Counted from the stretch's first letter, positions 12,744 to 22,102 are shown. The stretch is DNA of 64,000 nt from Micavibrio sp. (GCA_040377425.1 JBEIOU010000013.1:7919-71918); one strand, 5' to 3'. Translations and numbers: made by a program. The notes: generated by a model not told the origin, from the letters alone.

Positions 12744-14111
12744 TTATTCTTTGTGTTCCTTGACTGTCAGCGTCAGGCCGTCGAGAGAGAGGATATCTAC
12801 CTTGTCGCCTTTTTGCAAAATCGCATCGCCATCGGAAATCGCCCGCCAGATTTCACCCGTTACGCGCACTTCGCCGCGGCCCTGCGACCACGACAGAATT
12901 TCCCCGACGGACGTAAAAAGCTCTTCCGTGCCTGTGGTCTTCGGCCGGCGCTGCGCCTTGAGGACCAAGGCCAGTAGCACAGACAGGAACGCCACGCTGA
13001 CAAACGTAATGCTGCCCGCGACCAGAATGTCGACGCCGTAATCGGGCGTATCGCTTTCGATCAACATCATGGATCCGGCAAAGAAAGCGATGGCGCCGCC
13101 TATCCCCATGATGCCGAACGACGGCGTCAGCGCTTCGCCCGCCATCAGTGCAAGACCGATAAAGATGAGCGCAAGACCCGCATAGTTGATGGGCAGAATG
13201 TTCAGCGCAAACAGGCCGAGCAGCAGGCAGATCGCCCCCGCAATACCGGGCAGCAGCGCGCCGGGGTTCGCAAATTCATACACCAGGCCGTAAAAGCCGA
13301 TCGACATCAACAGCAGCGCCACGTTGGGGTGCGTGATGACTTCCAGCAGTTTGTGGCGCCAGTCGGGGGCGACAAATTCAATGACGGCGCCGCGGGTTTT
13401 CAGGGTGTGGGTTTTCCCCTCCGGCATTTTCACTATTTTTCCATCCATTTTATCCATCAGCGACGGCAGGTCGTCTGCGATGATGTCGATGACTTTTTTG
13501 CTCAAAGCTTCGGAGGCGGTCAGGCTTTCGGCGCTGCGCACCGCGCGCTCTGCCCATTCGGCGTTACGGCCGCGCATTTCCGCCAGTCCGCGGATATAAG
13601 CGGATGCGTCATTGACCATTTTCTGATCCATGGCGGAGCCTTGCTGCGGCACGTCGCCCTGTTTCTGCGGGCCTTGCTGCGGTTGACCGCCGCCATCGTT
13701 CATTTGTACGGGTGTGGCCGCGCCGATGTTTGTGCCGGGTGCCATGGCGGCGATGTGGCTGGCGTACAGGATATACGTACCCGCGCTGGCCGCGTGCGAA
13801 CCTGCGGGCGCGACATAGGTCGCGACGGGCACGGGGGATTCAAGAATGTCCTGAATGATTTCCTGCATGCTGTTATAAAGTCCGCCCGGTGTATGCATTT
13901 GCAAAACGACGATGGCGGCGTTTTTTTCTTTGGCGTAGCGCAGGTGGCGGCCAATCAGGTCGTGCATGGCGGGACTGACAACGCCTTTGACTTCCAGCAC
14001 ATAGGCGAGGGGTTTGGCGTCGTCTTCGCTTTTGGCCTGCAGCGGCGCCATGAACAGCAAAAGTCCGGCCGCGAGGCAAAGGGCAGAAAGGAATTTTTTC
14101 ATCAAAAGCAT
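12744..14111 (-). CDS. NfeD-family membrane-bound ClpP-class serine protease
   Basis: It has a signal peptide, a ClpP-like domain (VVLQMHTPGGL), multiple TM helices and a C-terminal OB-like NfeD domain. The start is uncertain (14111 or 14102). Confidence 0.85.
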   Translation of the reverse strand: MLLMKKFLSALCLAAGLLLFMAPLQAKSEDDAKPLAYVLEVKGVVSPAMHDLIGRHLRYAKEKNAAIVVLQMHTPGGLYNSMQEIIQDILESPVPVATYVAPAGSHAASAGTYILYASHIAAMAPGTNIGAATPVQMNDGGGQPQQGPQKQGDVPQQGSAMDQKMVNDASAYIRGLAEMRGRNAEWAERAVRSAESLTASEALSKKVIDIIADDLPSLMDKMDGKIVKMPEGKTHTLKTRGAVIEFVAPDWRHKLLEVITHPNVALLLMSIGFYGLVYEFANPGALLPGIAGAICLLLGLFALNILPINYAGLALIFIGLALMAGEALTPSFGIMGIGGAIAFFAGSMMLIESDTPDYGVDILVAGSITFVSVAFLSVLLALVLKAQRRPKTTGTEELFTSVGEILSWSQGRGEVRVTGEIWRAISDGDAILQKGDKVDILSLDGLTLTVKEHKE

Positions 14112-14230
14112 GCGACCCCCGAAGGAAAGCGATAATGCTGAAATCATAACAAAATCTTGCCTGCAAACCTATAAAATCCGGTTAACTGGATGGCTTTCTG
14201 GCGGGGGATTACGGCAAGGCTTGGTGGGTA

Positions 14231-15253
14231 TTATGACAGGCCGGGTGGTTTGGGTGCCACGGGTGCGGCGGGTTTGGGGGCGTTTTTGCCCACTTGCGGC
14301 TCTGCCCCGCGGTGCTGAATGACGTCGGATGCCCAAAGTGCACCCTGCGCCGCGCTGTCGGCGGCGGTCTTTCCCTGCGCAAGGCCATAGATAAAACCGG
14401 CGGCAAACTGGTCGCCGGCGCCGTTGGTGTCGACAAGCTTGTCGACTTTGTGGGCGGGTACATGGGTGATGATGCCGTTTTCAATCACATCGGCACCCTT
14501 GGCACCTGCGGTGATGGCGGCGGTGAAGCCGTGCGCGGATGCTTTCGCGGCGGCTTCTTCGAATGTAGATACGGCGAACAGTGCCATAAATTCCTTGCGG
14601 TCGCCGACCAGAATGTCGGCGTGCGCAGCCGCGAGGGCCAGATATTTTTCCTGATGGCGGGCGACCAGCGCGGCATCGTTCAACGCCATGGCGACTTTGC
14701 CGCCGGATTGTTTGGCCAGCGCGGCGGCATGCGCCACAGCATCCTGCCCGCTGTCGCTCAACCACAAATAAGAATCCAGATAGGTGATTTTCGCCTGCTT
14801 GATCAGCGTTTCGTCGATGTCTTCGGGCGTTAGTTCATACGCCGCGCCACTGGCGAAGGCAAAACTGCGTTCGCGGTCGGGCGTGGTCAGAACCATCACG
14901 GCGTTGGTGGCTGTTTCCGGATTGGTGCTGATGACGGGTGTAAAATCTACATCGTGCTTATTCAGACGCCCGGTCAGGAATGCGCCCGCATCGTCGTTGG
15001 CGATTTTGCCGATCAAGGCGACTTTGCCGCCCCGCAGGCCAATGCCGCCCGCCACGTTGCCGCCGGGGCTACCGGGGGTTTTGATGGCGTCGTCGCCCAG
15101 TTCAATCGCGCGCGCGGTGTCGGAGGATACTAAATTCGTCAGGCCTTTTTTAAGGCCGTGGCGTTCGATCTCGCTGTCCGGTACAGCCGCCTGAATATCC
15201 ACGCAAAGGGCGCTCAGCGCGACAACATCGTAAACCTTACGGTTCTGCGGCAT
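14231..15253 (-). CDS. PfkB-family carbohydrate/nucleoside kinase (adenosine-kinase-like) with a Pro-rich C-terminal tail
   Basis: DTNGAGDQFAAGF (the GAGD motif) in a PfkB fold pattern. The start was chosen at MPQNRKVYDVV. Confidence 0.8.
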   Translation of the reverse strand: MPQNRKVYDVVALSALCVDIQAAVPDSEIERHGLKKGLTNLVSSDTARAIELGDDAIKTPGSPGGNVAGGIGLRGGKVALIGKIANDDAGAFLTGRLNKHDVDFTPVISTNPETATNAVMVLTTPDRERSFAFASGAAYELTPEDIDETLIKQAKITYLDSYLWLSDSGQDAVAHAAALAKQSGGKVAMALNDAALVARHQEKYLALAAAHADILVGDRKEFMALFAVSTFEEAAAKASAHGFTAAITAGAKGADVIENGIITHVPAHKVDKLVDTNGAGDQFAAGFIYGLAQGKTAADSAAQGALWASDVIQHRGAEPQVGKNAPKPAAPVAPKPPGLS

Positions 15254-15353
15254 GTGTTGATTCTCCGGTAAAATGCGAACGCCCATACCCTAGCAAAGCT
15301 GCTGGGGTGCGCCAAGCGTATAGGGCGTGGACTCTGGAAACATAGGGGTGTTT

Positions 15354-17051
15354 TTATCGCCAGGCATCTTTCAGGCGGCGGACGGCATGTACATGCCCCT
15401 CCGCCCCGCTGCCGCGCAGCTTCAGCAGTACCTTGTCCGTGACATGTGCCTTGCCGCAAATCACCACAGGCCGTCCGCCGCGCACCAGACTGTTCAGAAA
15501 TACCGTCATGGCCATCATGCCTGTCATATCAATCATGGGCACATGGGTCAGGTCGACAACGATTTTGCGTTCGGGGTCGGGCAGGGTGGCGATGCTGCTT
15601 TCCAGCGTTTTGCCGATTGTGCCGAAAAACAGCGGGCCGTCGATGCGGTAAACCAATGTATCGGCGGGAATGCTATCGTCTGTGTCCGCGCTGTGAATGC
15701 TGATATCCGTCAACACGGCGATACGGCGCATGAACAGCAGCGACGCCATGACCATGCCAACCGCAATGCCTGCGACCATATCCACAAAAACGGTCAGCAG
15801 GAAACATGTCAGCAGCACAACGCTGTCACTACGTGGGGCAAGCTTTAATACCATGATGAATTGCGGCGCGTGCGACATGCGCCACGCCACGCCCAGCAGC
15901 AGCGCCGCGAGCGACGCCATGGGAATATGGCTGATGTAGGGCGCCAGCGTCAGCACATACAGCAGCAAAAACAGCGCATGAAAGATACTGGCCATGGGCG
16001 TTTTCGCGCCGGCCTGAATGTTGGCGGCCGTACGCGCAATGGCGCCCGTAGCCGGAATGCCGGCAGCAAGGCCTGAGAAAATATTACCAAGGCCGATGCC
16101 GTTTAATTCGGCATTCGGGTCATGGCGCGTGCGTGCCATACCATCGGCCACGGTCGCGGACAGCAGCGATTCAAGTGCCGCCAGCGCGGCAATCACCAGC
16201 GCAGGCATCAGCAGCATTTTAAATTCGGCATAATCCGGAATAGCAAACAGCGCGCCATCGCCCGGTAGGTGCAAACGCGGCGCCATGGGCGGAATGCCCG
16301 CCTGCAACGCGCCCGCCGTATCGGTATAGCTAAAACGCGACAGCAGTGTGTCGACATTAATGCCCGATTGCTGGAGCACCCACGCGGTGACAAAGCCGAG
16401 CGATATGCCCGCAACCGCCGCCGGAATTTTTTTGCTGATACGCGGCGTCAAAATCAAGCCCGCCAATGTAATGGCACCAACGGCCAGATTGGGCCAGCGT
16501 AAATCCGGCAAGGCGGCGGCGATGGTTTTGACTTTGTCGATATAATGCCCCTCCAGCTGTGCAAGGCCGAGGCCGAAAAAATCATTCAGCGCCAGCGTGC
16601 CAATGGTCACGGCAATCCCCGCGGTAAATCCCGTGACAACAGGATACGGCACATAATTGACAAATTTGCCAAGGCGCAGCATGCCCAGCACAATCAATAT
16701 CGCCCCCGCCATGATCTGGCACCAGATTAGACCGTGCAGGCCGTATTTACTGACGATGGGCGCGACGATGACAACGAAAGCCGCTGTGGGGCCGCTCACC
16801 TGCGTAGTCGAGCCGCCAAAAATGGCGGTGACGATCCCCGCAACAATGGCAGTGTAAAGCCCGTGTTCTGGCGGCAGACCGACCGCAATCGACAGCGCCA
16901 TCGCCAGCGGCAACGCAATCAGCGATACGATCAACCCTGCGGTGATATCGGCGCGCAGCGTCTGGCGGTCATAGGTTTTAAGCGTGGTGCGAAGCGCCGT
17001 CGCAAGAGGAAATAACCGCACTTTGGCGGCGGAGGTAACTGGCTGTGACAT
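15354..17051 (-). CDS. SulP-family anion permease with a C-terminal STAS domain
   Basis: DITAGLIVSLIALPLAMALSIAVGLPPEHGLYTAIVAG is typical of SulP. A STAS-like C-terminus is present. Confidence 0.9.
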   Translation of the reverse strand: MSQPVTSAAKVRLFPLATALRTTLKTYDRQTLRADITAGLIVSLIALPLAMALSIAVGLPPEHGLYTAIVAGIVTAIFGGSTTQVSGPTAAFVVIVAPIVSKYGLHGLIWCQIMAGAILIVLGMLRLGKFVNYVPYPVVTGFTAGIAVTIGTLALNDFFGLGLAQLEGHYIDKVKTIAAALPDLRWPNLAVGAITLAGLILTPRISKKIPAAVAGISLGFVTAWVLQQSGINVDTLLSRFSYTDTAGALQAGIPPMAPRLHLPGDGALFAIPDYAEFKMLLMPALVIAALAALESLLSATVADGMARTRHDPNAELNGIGLGNIFSGLAAGIPATGAIARTAANIQAGAKTPMASIFHALFLLLYVLTLAPYISHIPMASLAALLLGVAWRMSHAPQFIMVLKLAPRSDSVVLLTCFLLTVFVDMVAGIAVGMVMASLLFMRRIAVLTDISIHSADTDDSIPADTLVYRIDGPLFFGTIGKTLESSIATLPDPERKIVVDLTHVPMIDMTGMMAMTVFLNSLVRGGRPVVICGKAHVTDKVLLKLRGSGAEGHVHAVRRLKDAWR

Positions 17052-17075
17052 GATGCGGTCCGGAATGCGTCTTTA

Positions 17076-17681
17076 TCAGGCGTAGAGCCAGAACATTTCC
17101 TTTCTGTGCTGCTTTTCAAAATGGTCGATGGCATCGGCATGCTCCAGCGTCAGGCCGATATCGTCAAGGCCGGACAGCAGGCAGTGCCGCTCGAACGCGG
17201 GCGTGTCAAACGTGTATGTTTTTCCGCCGGAGATGCTGAGGGTTTGTTTTTCAAGATCTGCCGTAAAAATGGCTTTATCGCTGGCGGCCTGCATCAGCGT
17301 GCCGATATATGCGGGCGATATTTCGATTGGCAAAATGCCGTGGCGGTAACAGCCGGCACGGAAGGCGCCATCGAATACTGCGGCAACAACGACGCGAATG
17401 CCAAAATCGGTCAGTGCCCAAAACAGATGGTCACTGGCGTCGCCATGCCCGAAATGCATGCCTGTCACCAATATGGCCGATTTGCGCCATGCGGGTTGGT
17501 TGAGGATGAATGCGGGGTTTTCGCGGCCTTTGTCGTTATACCGTTCTGCCGCGAACAGGAATTTGCCAAGGCCGGTGCGTTCGGCTTTTTGCTGTGCATC
17601 CAGCGGCAGGATATCGATAGCGGCGATCCGGTCGGCGGGCATCGGCGCGGCGATGCCTTTGATGGCGGTAAACTTTTCCAT
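17076..17681 (-). CDS. LeuD-like protein (3-isopropylmalate dehydratase small-subunit homologue), motifs degenerate
   Basis: MEKFTAIKGIAAPM...NPAFILNQP...FERHCLLSGLDDIGLTL aligns with LeuD. The canonical NFGCGSSREHAPWAL motif reads HFGHGDASDHLFWAL here. Confidence 0.6.
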   Translation of the reverse strand: MEKFTAIKGIAAPMPADRIAAIDILPLDAQQKAERTGLGKFLFAAERYNDKGRENPAFILNQPAWRKSAILVTGMHFGHGDASDHLFWALTDFGIRVVVAAVFDGAFRAGCYRHGILPIEISPAYIGTLMQAASDKAIFTADLEKQTLSISGGKTYTFDTPAFERHCLLSGLDDIGLTLEHADAIDHFEKQHRKEMFWLYA

Positions 17682-17683
17682 GG

Positions 17684-18430
17684 CTACAACGTCTCCCAAT
17701 AGGCGCAGGCCTGGGGCCAGTCGCGGCCGGACGGCGCGTATGTGCGCCCCTTGAACCATTCAATTGTGCGGCTGTCGACGGCCATGATGGCGCCGTGCGG
17801 GGCCAGTACCGCAATTTTGTCTGCTGCCGTCATGCGCGTGTGGATATCTAGCGCCGCGATGCCGGCACCGTGCAGGTAAAGAGCATGGGTGCGCAGCACG
17901 GGCAGGCCCTGCGTTGTTACCAGATGCGCCACGATTTGTTCGGGTGATTTCAGGTTGTCATCATCGCCGATGTGTACCGTCAATACGGGCGGCAAGGGCA
18001 GGCGCAGCGTTTGTGTCGCCAGCACGTGTTCGCATTCTGCGGGTGTGCTGAAAAAACAGACCGCGCCGATACCGCCAAAGCGTGCGATATCATTACGGTG
18101 ACCCGCGACGGTCATGCCGGGCTGGATCAGGCCGTCTTGCAGGTCGGCGGGTTCAAACCGTGCGGTATGATATTCGTGTGCATTCGCATCCAGCGTATCC
18201 AGCAGCTTTGCCTGCACAGGGTCATGCGGTGCGTTTTCGAGGTGCGGGGCATAGGTCGCTTCGGGGTGGCGCACTTCGCGCTGTGCAAGGCGCAAACCGT
18301 CAAACGCCTGCGCACTGATATGGGGGTGCAGGATATGGCGGTCGATATAAATAATTGTATGGCCCGCCGCATCCGTATGCACGGTATGGGCTGCTATGAT
18401 TTTTGAATAAGTGCCTGTGACGTTCGACAT
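17684..18430 (-). CDS. LeuC-like protein, N-terminal half only, motifs degenerate
   Basis: IIYIDRHILHPHISAQAFDGLR and ECEHVLATQTL align with LeuC. GDSHT is lost. The ORF ends at the position equivalent to AYWKTL, so the Fe-S half is missing. Confidence 0.6.
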   Translation of the reverse strand: MSNVTGTYSKIIAAHTVHTDAAGHTIIYIDRHILHPHISAQAFDGLRLAQREVRHPEATYAPHLENAPHDPVQAKLLDTLDANAHEYHTARFEPADLQDGLIQPGMTVAGHRNDIARFGGIGAVCFFSTPAECEHVLATQTLRLPLPPVLTVHIGDDDNLKSPEQIVAHLVTTQGLPVLRTHALYLHGAGIAALDIHTRMTAADKIAVLAPHGAIMAVDSRTIEWFKGRTYAPSGRDWPQACAYWETL

Positions 18431-18527
18431 CGCGCCGCCTTTGAATATCTATTACAGCGCCTATAGCATAGGCCGCCACAGGCGCGGCGGTCAATGCCGG
18501 GGCAAAGAGCTGCTGGGGCCTGCAGCT

Positions 18528-19109
18528 TTATTTCCGGTTGCGTGCGGTCAGGGCTTCGCCAATCGCATAAAAATGCCCACCCGCCACATGATGCAGGCTA
18601 CGCCATTCGGGGCCGGTTTCTTCAAACAGCCAATGGCCGTTTTTAAAAATACGGCTGTCCGCCCATGCGCCCGTGACTTCGCCGATGAACAGGTCATAGG
18701 TTTCCTGATTGTGTGGCTCCGGCACCAGTTTGCAGCTGAGCCATGCGGCGCAGCCCGCGACGTAGGGCATGTCATCGCCGTGCATGCGGAACAAATCCAC
18801 GCCGCATTTGGCCAGTTTGCCCGGGTCTTCTTCAAGGCTGACGGTGCCGACATCGTTAGTCAATTGCAGTTGCCGTGCGGTGGGGACCTGAATAATAAAC
18901 CTGCTGCTTTGTTCGACCAGTGCGCGTGTTTTGGTGGCTTTGTCGATAACGACGGTCAGCTTGGGCGGCGAAAAATCAAGAGCGCAGCACCACGCCGCCG
19001 CCATCACGTTATCCACGCCGTCATGGCGGCTGGATACCAACACGGTAGGGCCATGGTTAAGCAGGCGGTAGGCCTTACCCATTTCAACGGGTTCGATGTG
19101 GTCGTTCAT
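18528..19109 (-). CDS. Flavin reductase-like FMN-binding domain protein
   Basis: LLNHGPTVLVSS...NVMAAAWCCALDFSPPKL is typical of the flavin reductase (DIM6/NTAB) family. The start is at MNDHIEP because the upstream extension contains the rplS terminator. Confidence 0.8.
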   Translation of the reverse strand: MNDHIEPVEMGKAYRLLNHGPTVLVSSRHDGVDNVMAAAWCCALDFSPPKLTVVIDKATKTRALVEQSSRFIIQVPTARQLQLTNDVGTVSLEEDPGKLAKCGVDLFRMHGDDMPYVAGCAAWLSCKLVPEPHNQETYDLFIGEVTGAWADSRIFKNGHWLFEETGPEWRSLHHVAGGHFYAIGEALTARNRK

Positions 19110-19170
19110 CGTGCGCTCCTGCGTGCTCTGACCTCGGCAGTTGTTGCGTAGGTCGGTCTGTTTGGCCAAT

Positions 19171-19200
19171 AAAAAACCCCGCATTGCTGCGGGGTTTTTT
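19171..19200 (-). terminator. Rho-independent terminator after rplS
   Basis: Stem CCCCGCA / TGCGGGG flanked by an A6 run and a T6 run. Confidence 0.8.
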
Positions 19201-19226
19201 GTGTCATGTGCATATCATGCGCGAAC

Positions 19227-19661
19227 TTACGCGTTGACTGCTTTTTTCTCGACAGCGGGTGCTGCTGCGCTGCTGGTCGTGTCGGTGTCGCGCTCGCGCT
19301 CTGCGATACGTGCAGATTTGCCGCTGCGGCCACGCAGGTAGTACAGTTTGCCACGACGTACAGAACCACGGCGGACCAGCTCGATGCTGTCAACGCTGGG
19401 GCTGTACAGCGGGAATACGCGCTCGACGCCTTCGCCGTAGCTGATTTTGCGAACGGTGAACGTGGCTTGAATGCCTCTGCCGCCGCGGGCGATGCAAACG
19501 CCTTCGAACGCCTGAATACGGTGACGCAGATCTTTGCCGCTGCCTTCAACGATTTTTACGTTGACGCGTACGCTGTCGCCGGGTTGGAATTCGGGGATTT
19601 TTTTCGCGGTCGACAGCTGCTTTTCCAGCTGCGCCTGTTCAAATTTCTGAAGATCGTTCAT
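19227..19661 (-). CDS. rplS: 50S ribosomal protein L19
   Basis: [18 protein letters not shown]...[11 protein letters not shown]...[21 protein letters not shown]. Confidence 0.93.
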   Translation of the reverse strand: MNDLQKFEQAQLEKQLSTAKKIPEFQPGDSVRVNVKIVEGSGKDLRHRIQAFEGVCIARGGRGIQATFTVRKISYGEGVERVFPLYSPSVDSIELVRRGSVRRGKLYYLRGRSGKSARIAERERDTDTTSSAAAPAVEKKAVNA

Positions 19662-19830
19662 GGTCTTTAGCCTTTTACTTTGTCGGAACCCGTAAAGTTC
19701 GGTCACGCTTTTGTTACTTAACGGCGCGTGCCGGCGGTTCACATTTTGTTATTACCGAAAGGCCTGCTCACCCGCGAGTCAGCAGTGCTGGGCGAGATTC
19801 ATACAGAAAACAGCGTCCTATTTCAATATT

Positions 19831-20565
19831 TTATTCCGGTTTCTTGTGCAACGCACGGTATTTCTCGAACAAGTCGGGGCGGCGTTCTGCCGTTAACTGT
19901 TCGGACTGGGCACGGCGCCAGCCCTCTATTTTGGCATGGTGGCCAGAGGTAAGTACTTCAGGAACCTTACGAATAATCCCCTGCGGGTCCATCCATTCGG
20001 CGGGGCGGGTATAGTGGGGGTATTCCAGCAAATGGCTGGTGAAACTCTCTTCGTTATGGGTTTCCATATTCCCGATAACGTCGGGCAATAGCCGAATAAC
20101 GGCATCTAGCAGAATCATCGCCGCCTGCTCTCCGCCCGAAAGGACATAATCGCCGAGGGAAATCTCCTCCGCGCCATAGGCATCCAGCAGGCGCTGGTCG
20201 ATACCCTCGTACCGGCCGCAGAGAATGGTCAGGCGCGGCTCCCGCGTCAGTTCCTGCACCAGCGGCTGGGTCAGGGGCTTGCCGCGCGGGCTCATGTATA
20301 TAAAGCGGCCGAGGGGCATGTGCGCCTCCAGCGTCTTCGACAGCACGTCCGGCTTCATCACCATGCCTGCGCCGCCGCCAAAAGGGGCGTCGTCGACTGT
20401 TTTGTGCAGATCCGTGGCATAGGCACGTGGGTTGACGGTGTCAAACGACCAGATGCCGCGCTCCATCGCTTTGCCCGACAGGCTTTGCCCCAAAAACCCC
20501 GGAAACATTTCGGGGAACAGGGTGATGATATGGGCATGAAAGGGGGCGGCGTGGCGTAAGGTCAT
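19831..20565 (-). CDS. trmD: tRNA (guanine37-N1)-methyltransferase
   Basis: IITLFPEMFPG...VDDAPFGGGAGMVMKP...CGRYEGIDQR. Confidence 0.93.
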   Translation of the reverse strand: MTLRHAAPFHAHIITLFPEMFPGFLGQSLSGKAMERGIWSFDTVNPRAYATDLHKTVDDAPFGGGAGMVMKPDVLSKTLEAHMPLGRFIYMSPRGKPLTQPLVQELTREPRLTILCGRYEGIDQRLLDAYGAEEISLGDYVLSGGEQAAMILLDAVIRLLPDVIGNMETHNEESFTSHLLEYPHYTRPAEWMDPQGIIRKVPEVLTSGHHAKIEGWRRAQSEQLTAERRPDLFEKYRALHKKPE

Positions 20566-20783
20566 GATGCCTTCAAAATCGCACGCGCCGGGCGCAGGGT
20601 CAATATTTGACGGTCTTGTTTGTAAGAATGAACAAGCCATGCGCTCAGAACAGGCAGCCTGCGCCGGACGCCGCGGGCAGAATCGGTGCCCCGAATACAC
20701 CCTGCCGCAGCCTGTTTTTTGACAGACACGAAACCGTGGACGACATATACGGCCTTATATTTACTCAATTTCTTTCGTTTTGT

Positions 20784-20811
20784 TTTACAAAAATGCGATT
20801 TTTTATATGAT
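20784..20811 (+). promoter_or_regulatory. Candidate promoter of the inserted glycine-zipper gene
   Basis: TTTACA, a 16-nt spacer, then TATGAT, inside an AT-rich tract about 75 nt upstream of the ATG. Confidence 0.35.
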
Positions 20812-20884
20812 TGTGTCCCGTTTAATGAAAAATTAATGAATGCAGTGTTATGTTTAGTCCAATTGTTCAAGAAAGGGCAGAATC

Positions 20885-21442
20885 ATGGCGGTCGGACCAG
20901 TGACAGGTGGTGTGGTGAAAACAGCGTTTAAGGCACTCACCAGTATCCTTCCCGGCATTCTCAAAAAATCCGGTTTGCCGGATGATGTGGCCGAAGCCAT
21001 GGGCGCCAAAGGTAATTTCTGGGCGGGTGTTACGCTGGGTGCGGGCGCGGCGCTGCTGGGCGGCGGTTTGCTGCTGGGGGCGCTGGCAGGGGGCACGTTG
21101 ATTGCGCCGGGTCTGCTGGGCACGGTTTTGCTGAACGGTGCGGTTGCGACGGCTGCGGTGGCGGCGGGGGGCTTTCTGCTGCGCGAAACGGCCAAAGAAC
21201 TCGGCGGTTCGCTGATTAAAAAAGTCGTCGGCGCCCTGCTGGGCCGCGGCAACAAAGATGATGCGGAAAATCATGCCAAGCCGCATGCACACGCGCTGCA
21301 TCAGGCGCCAGCGGCGGCAAGCTTCTCGGTATCGCCGCTCAAACACAAATTTGCACATGCCAGAACGCGCACGGCGGTGAAGGGCGAAAAAGCTTTCACC
21401 TATGTATCGCCCCGTCTGGGATTGAGCATGCAGCCAGCATAA
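20885..21442 (+). CDS. Hypothetical Gly/Ala-rich (glycine-zipper-like) membrane protein
   Basis: 185-aa ORF with an amphipathic N-terminus, then GVTLGAGAALLGGGLLLGALAGGTLIAPGLLGTVLLNGAVATAAVAAGGFLL, then a basic His-rich tail. It has its own promoter-like element and terminator. Confidence 0.6.
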   Translation: MAVGPVTGGVVKTAFKALTSILPGILKKSGLPDDVAEAMGAKGNFWAGVTLGAGAALLGGGLLLGALAGGTLIAPGLLGTVLLNGAVATAAVAAGGFLLRETAKELGGSLIKKVVGALLGRGNKDDAENHAKPHAHALHQAPAAASFSVSPLKHKFAHARTRTAVKGEKAFTYVSPRLGLSMQPA

Positions 21443-21514
21443 TGAAGATAACCGCGGGATGAAACATCATCACGGGGTGAGGCACAGACAAGAAATATAA
21501 AAAAACAAAAAAAC

Positions 21515-21540
21515 AACGGCGGCCTTCGCGGGCCGCCGTT
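21515..21540. terminator. Bidirectional rho-independent terminator (ends rimM on minus and the inserted gene on plus)
   Basis: Stem AACGGCGGCC / GGCCGCCGTT with loop TTCGCG, A-rich upstream and T-rich downstream. Confidence 0.8.
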
Positions 21541-21565
21541 TGTTTTTGTTTGCGTGACTTTGTTA

Positions 21566-22102
21566 TCAGTCCAAAAGCCCCGGTGGCGGGTCGATGGTGA
21601 TGGTGCCGCCTTTGATATCCACTTCGGGGACGGCGTCGCCGGTGAAGGGGACATAGAAACTGGCGCCCTTGACGGGGCGGATTTCGATCAGGTCGCCGGC
21701 GCCAAAATTGGCAACACTGACAACTTTGCCCATCGGTTTGCCATCCGGCCAGCGGGCGGCAAGACCGATAAGATCGACGTGATAGAAGGTTTCTTCTTCG
21801 TCAATTTCCGGCAGGCGGTCACGTGGAACGTAAAGCTTCGTGCCGCGCATTTTTTCGGCCGCATTGCGGTCGGTGACGCCGTCGATGTCGGCCAGATAAG
21901 TCCCCCCGTGCTGTTGCACGGATAAAATCTCGAATGTTTTTTTCCGGGTCGCATCGCAAAACGGGGCATAATCGGGCAGGGCTTCGGGGTCGTCGCTGAG
22001 AATCTTCAGCTTGACGGCGCCTTTGATGCCATGCACACCGACAACCTCGGCCATCAGGACGAGGTCATTGGTGGTTTCCGACGATGCACCCGTTTTACGC
22101 AT
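21566..22102 (-). CDS. rimM: 16S rRNA processing protein RimM
   Basis: VVGVHGIKGAVKLK...FYHVDLIG...PFTGDAVPEVDI. It sits after rpsP. Confidence 0.9.
   Translation of the reverse strand: MRKTGASSETTNDLVLMAEVVGVHGIKGAVKLKILSDDPEALPDYAPFCDATRKKTFEILSVQQHGGTYLADIDGVTDRNAAEKMRGTKLYVPRDRLPEIDEEETFYHVDLIGLAARWPDGKPMGKVVSVANFGAGDLIEIRPVKGASFYVPFTGDAVPEVDIKGGTITIDPPPGLLD

Noticed and set aside
11920-14111. SPFH + NfeD pair next to the tRNA islet as a novel module
   Set aside because: This is the well-known conserved stomatin-like/NfeD operon. Its composition matches the backbone.
19110-19184. N-terminal extension of the flavin reductase ORF (track start 19184)
   Set aside because: The extension contains the rplS intrinsic terminator hairpin. 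The conserved domain begins just after the internal Met at 19109.
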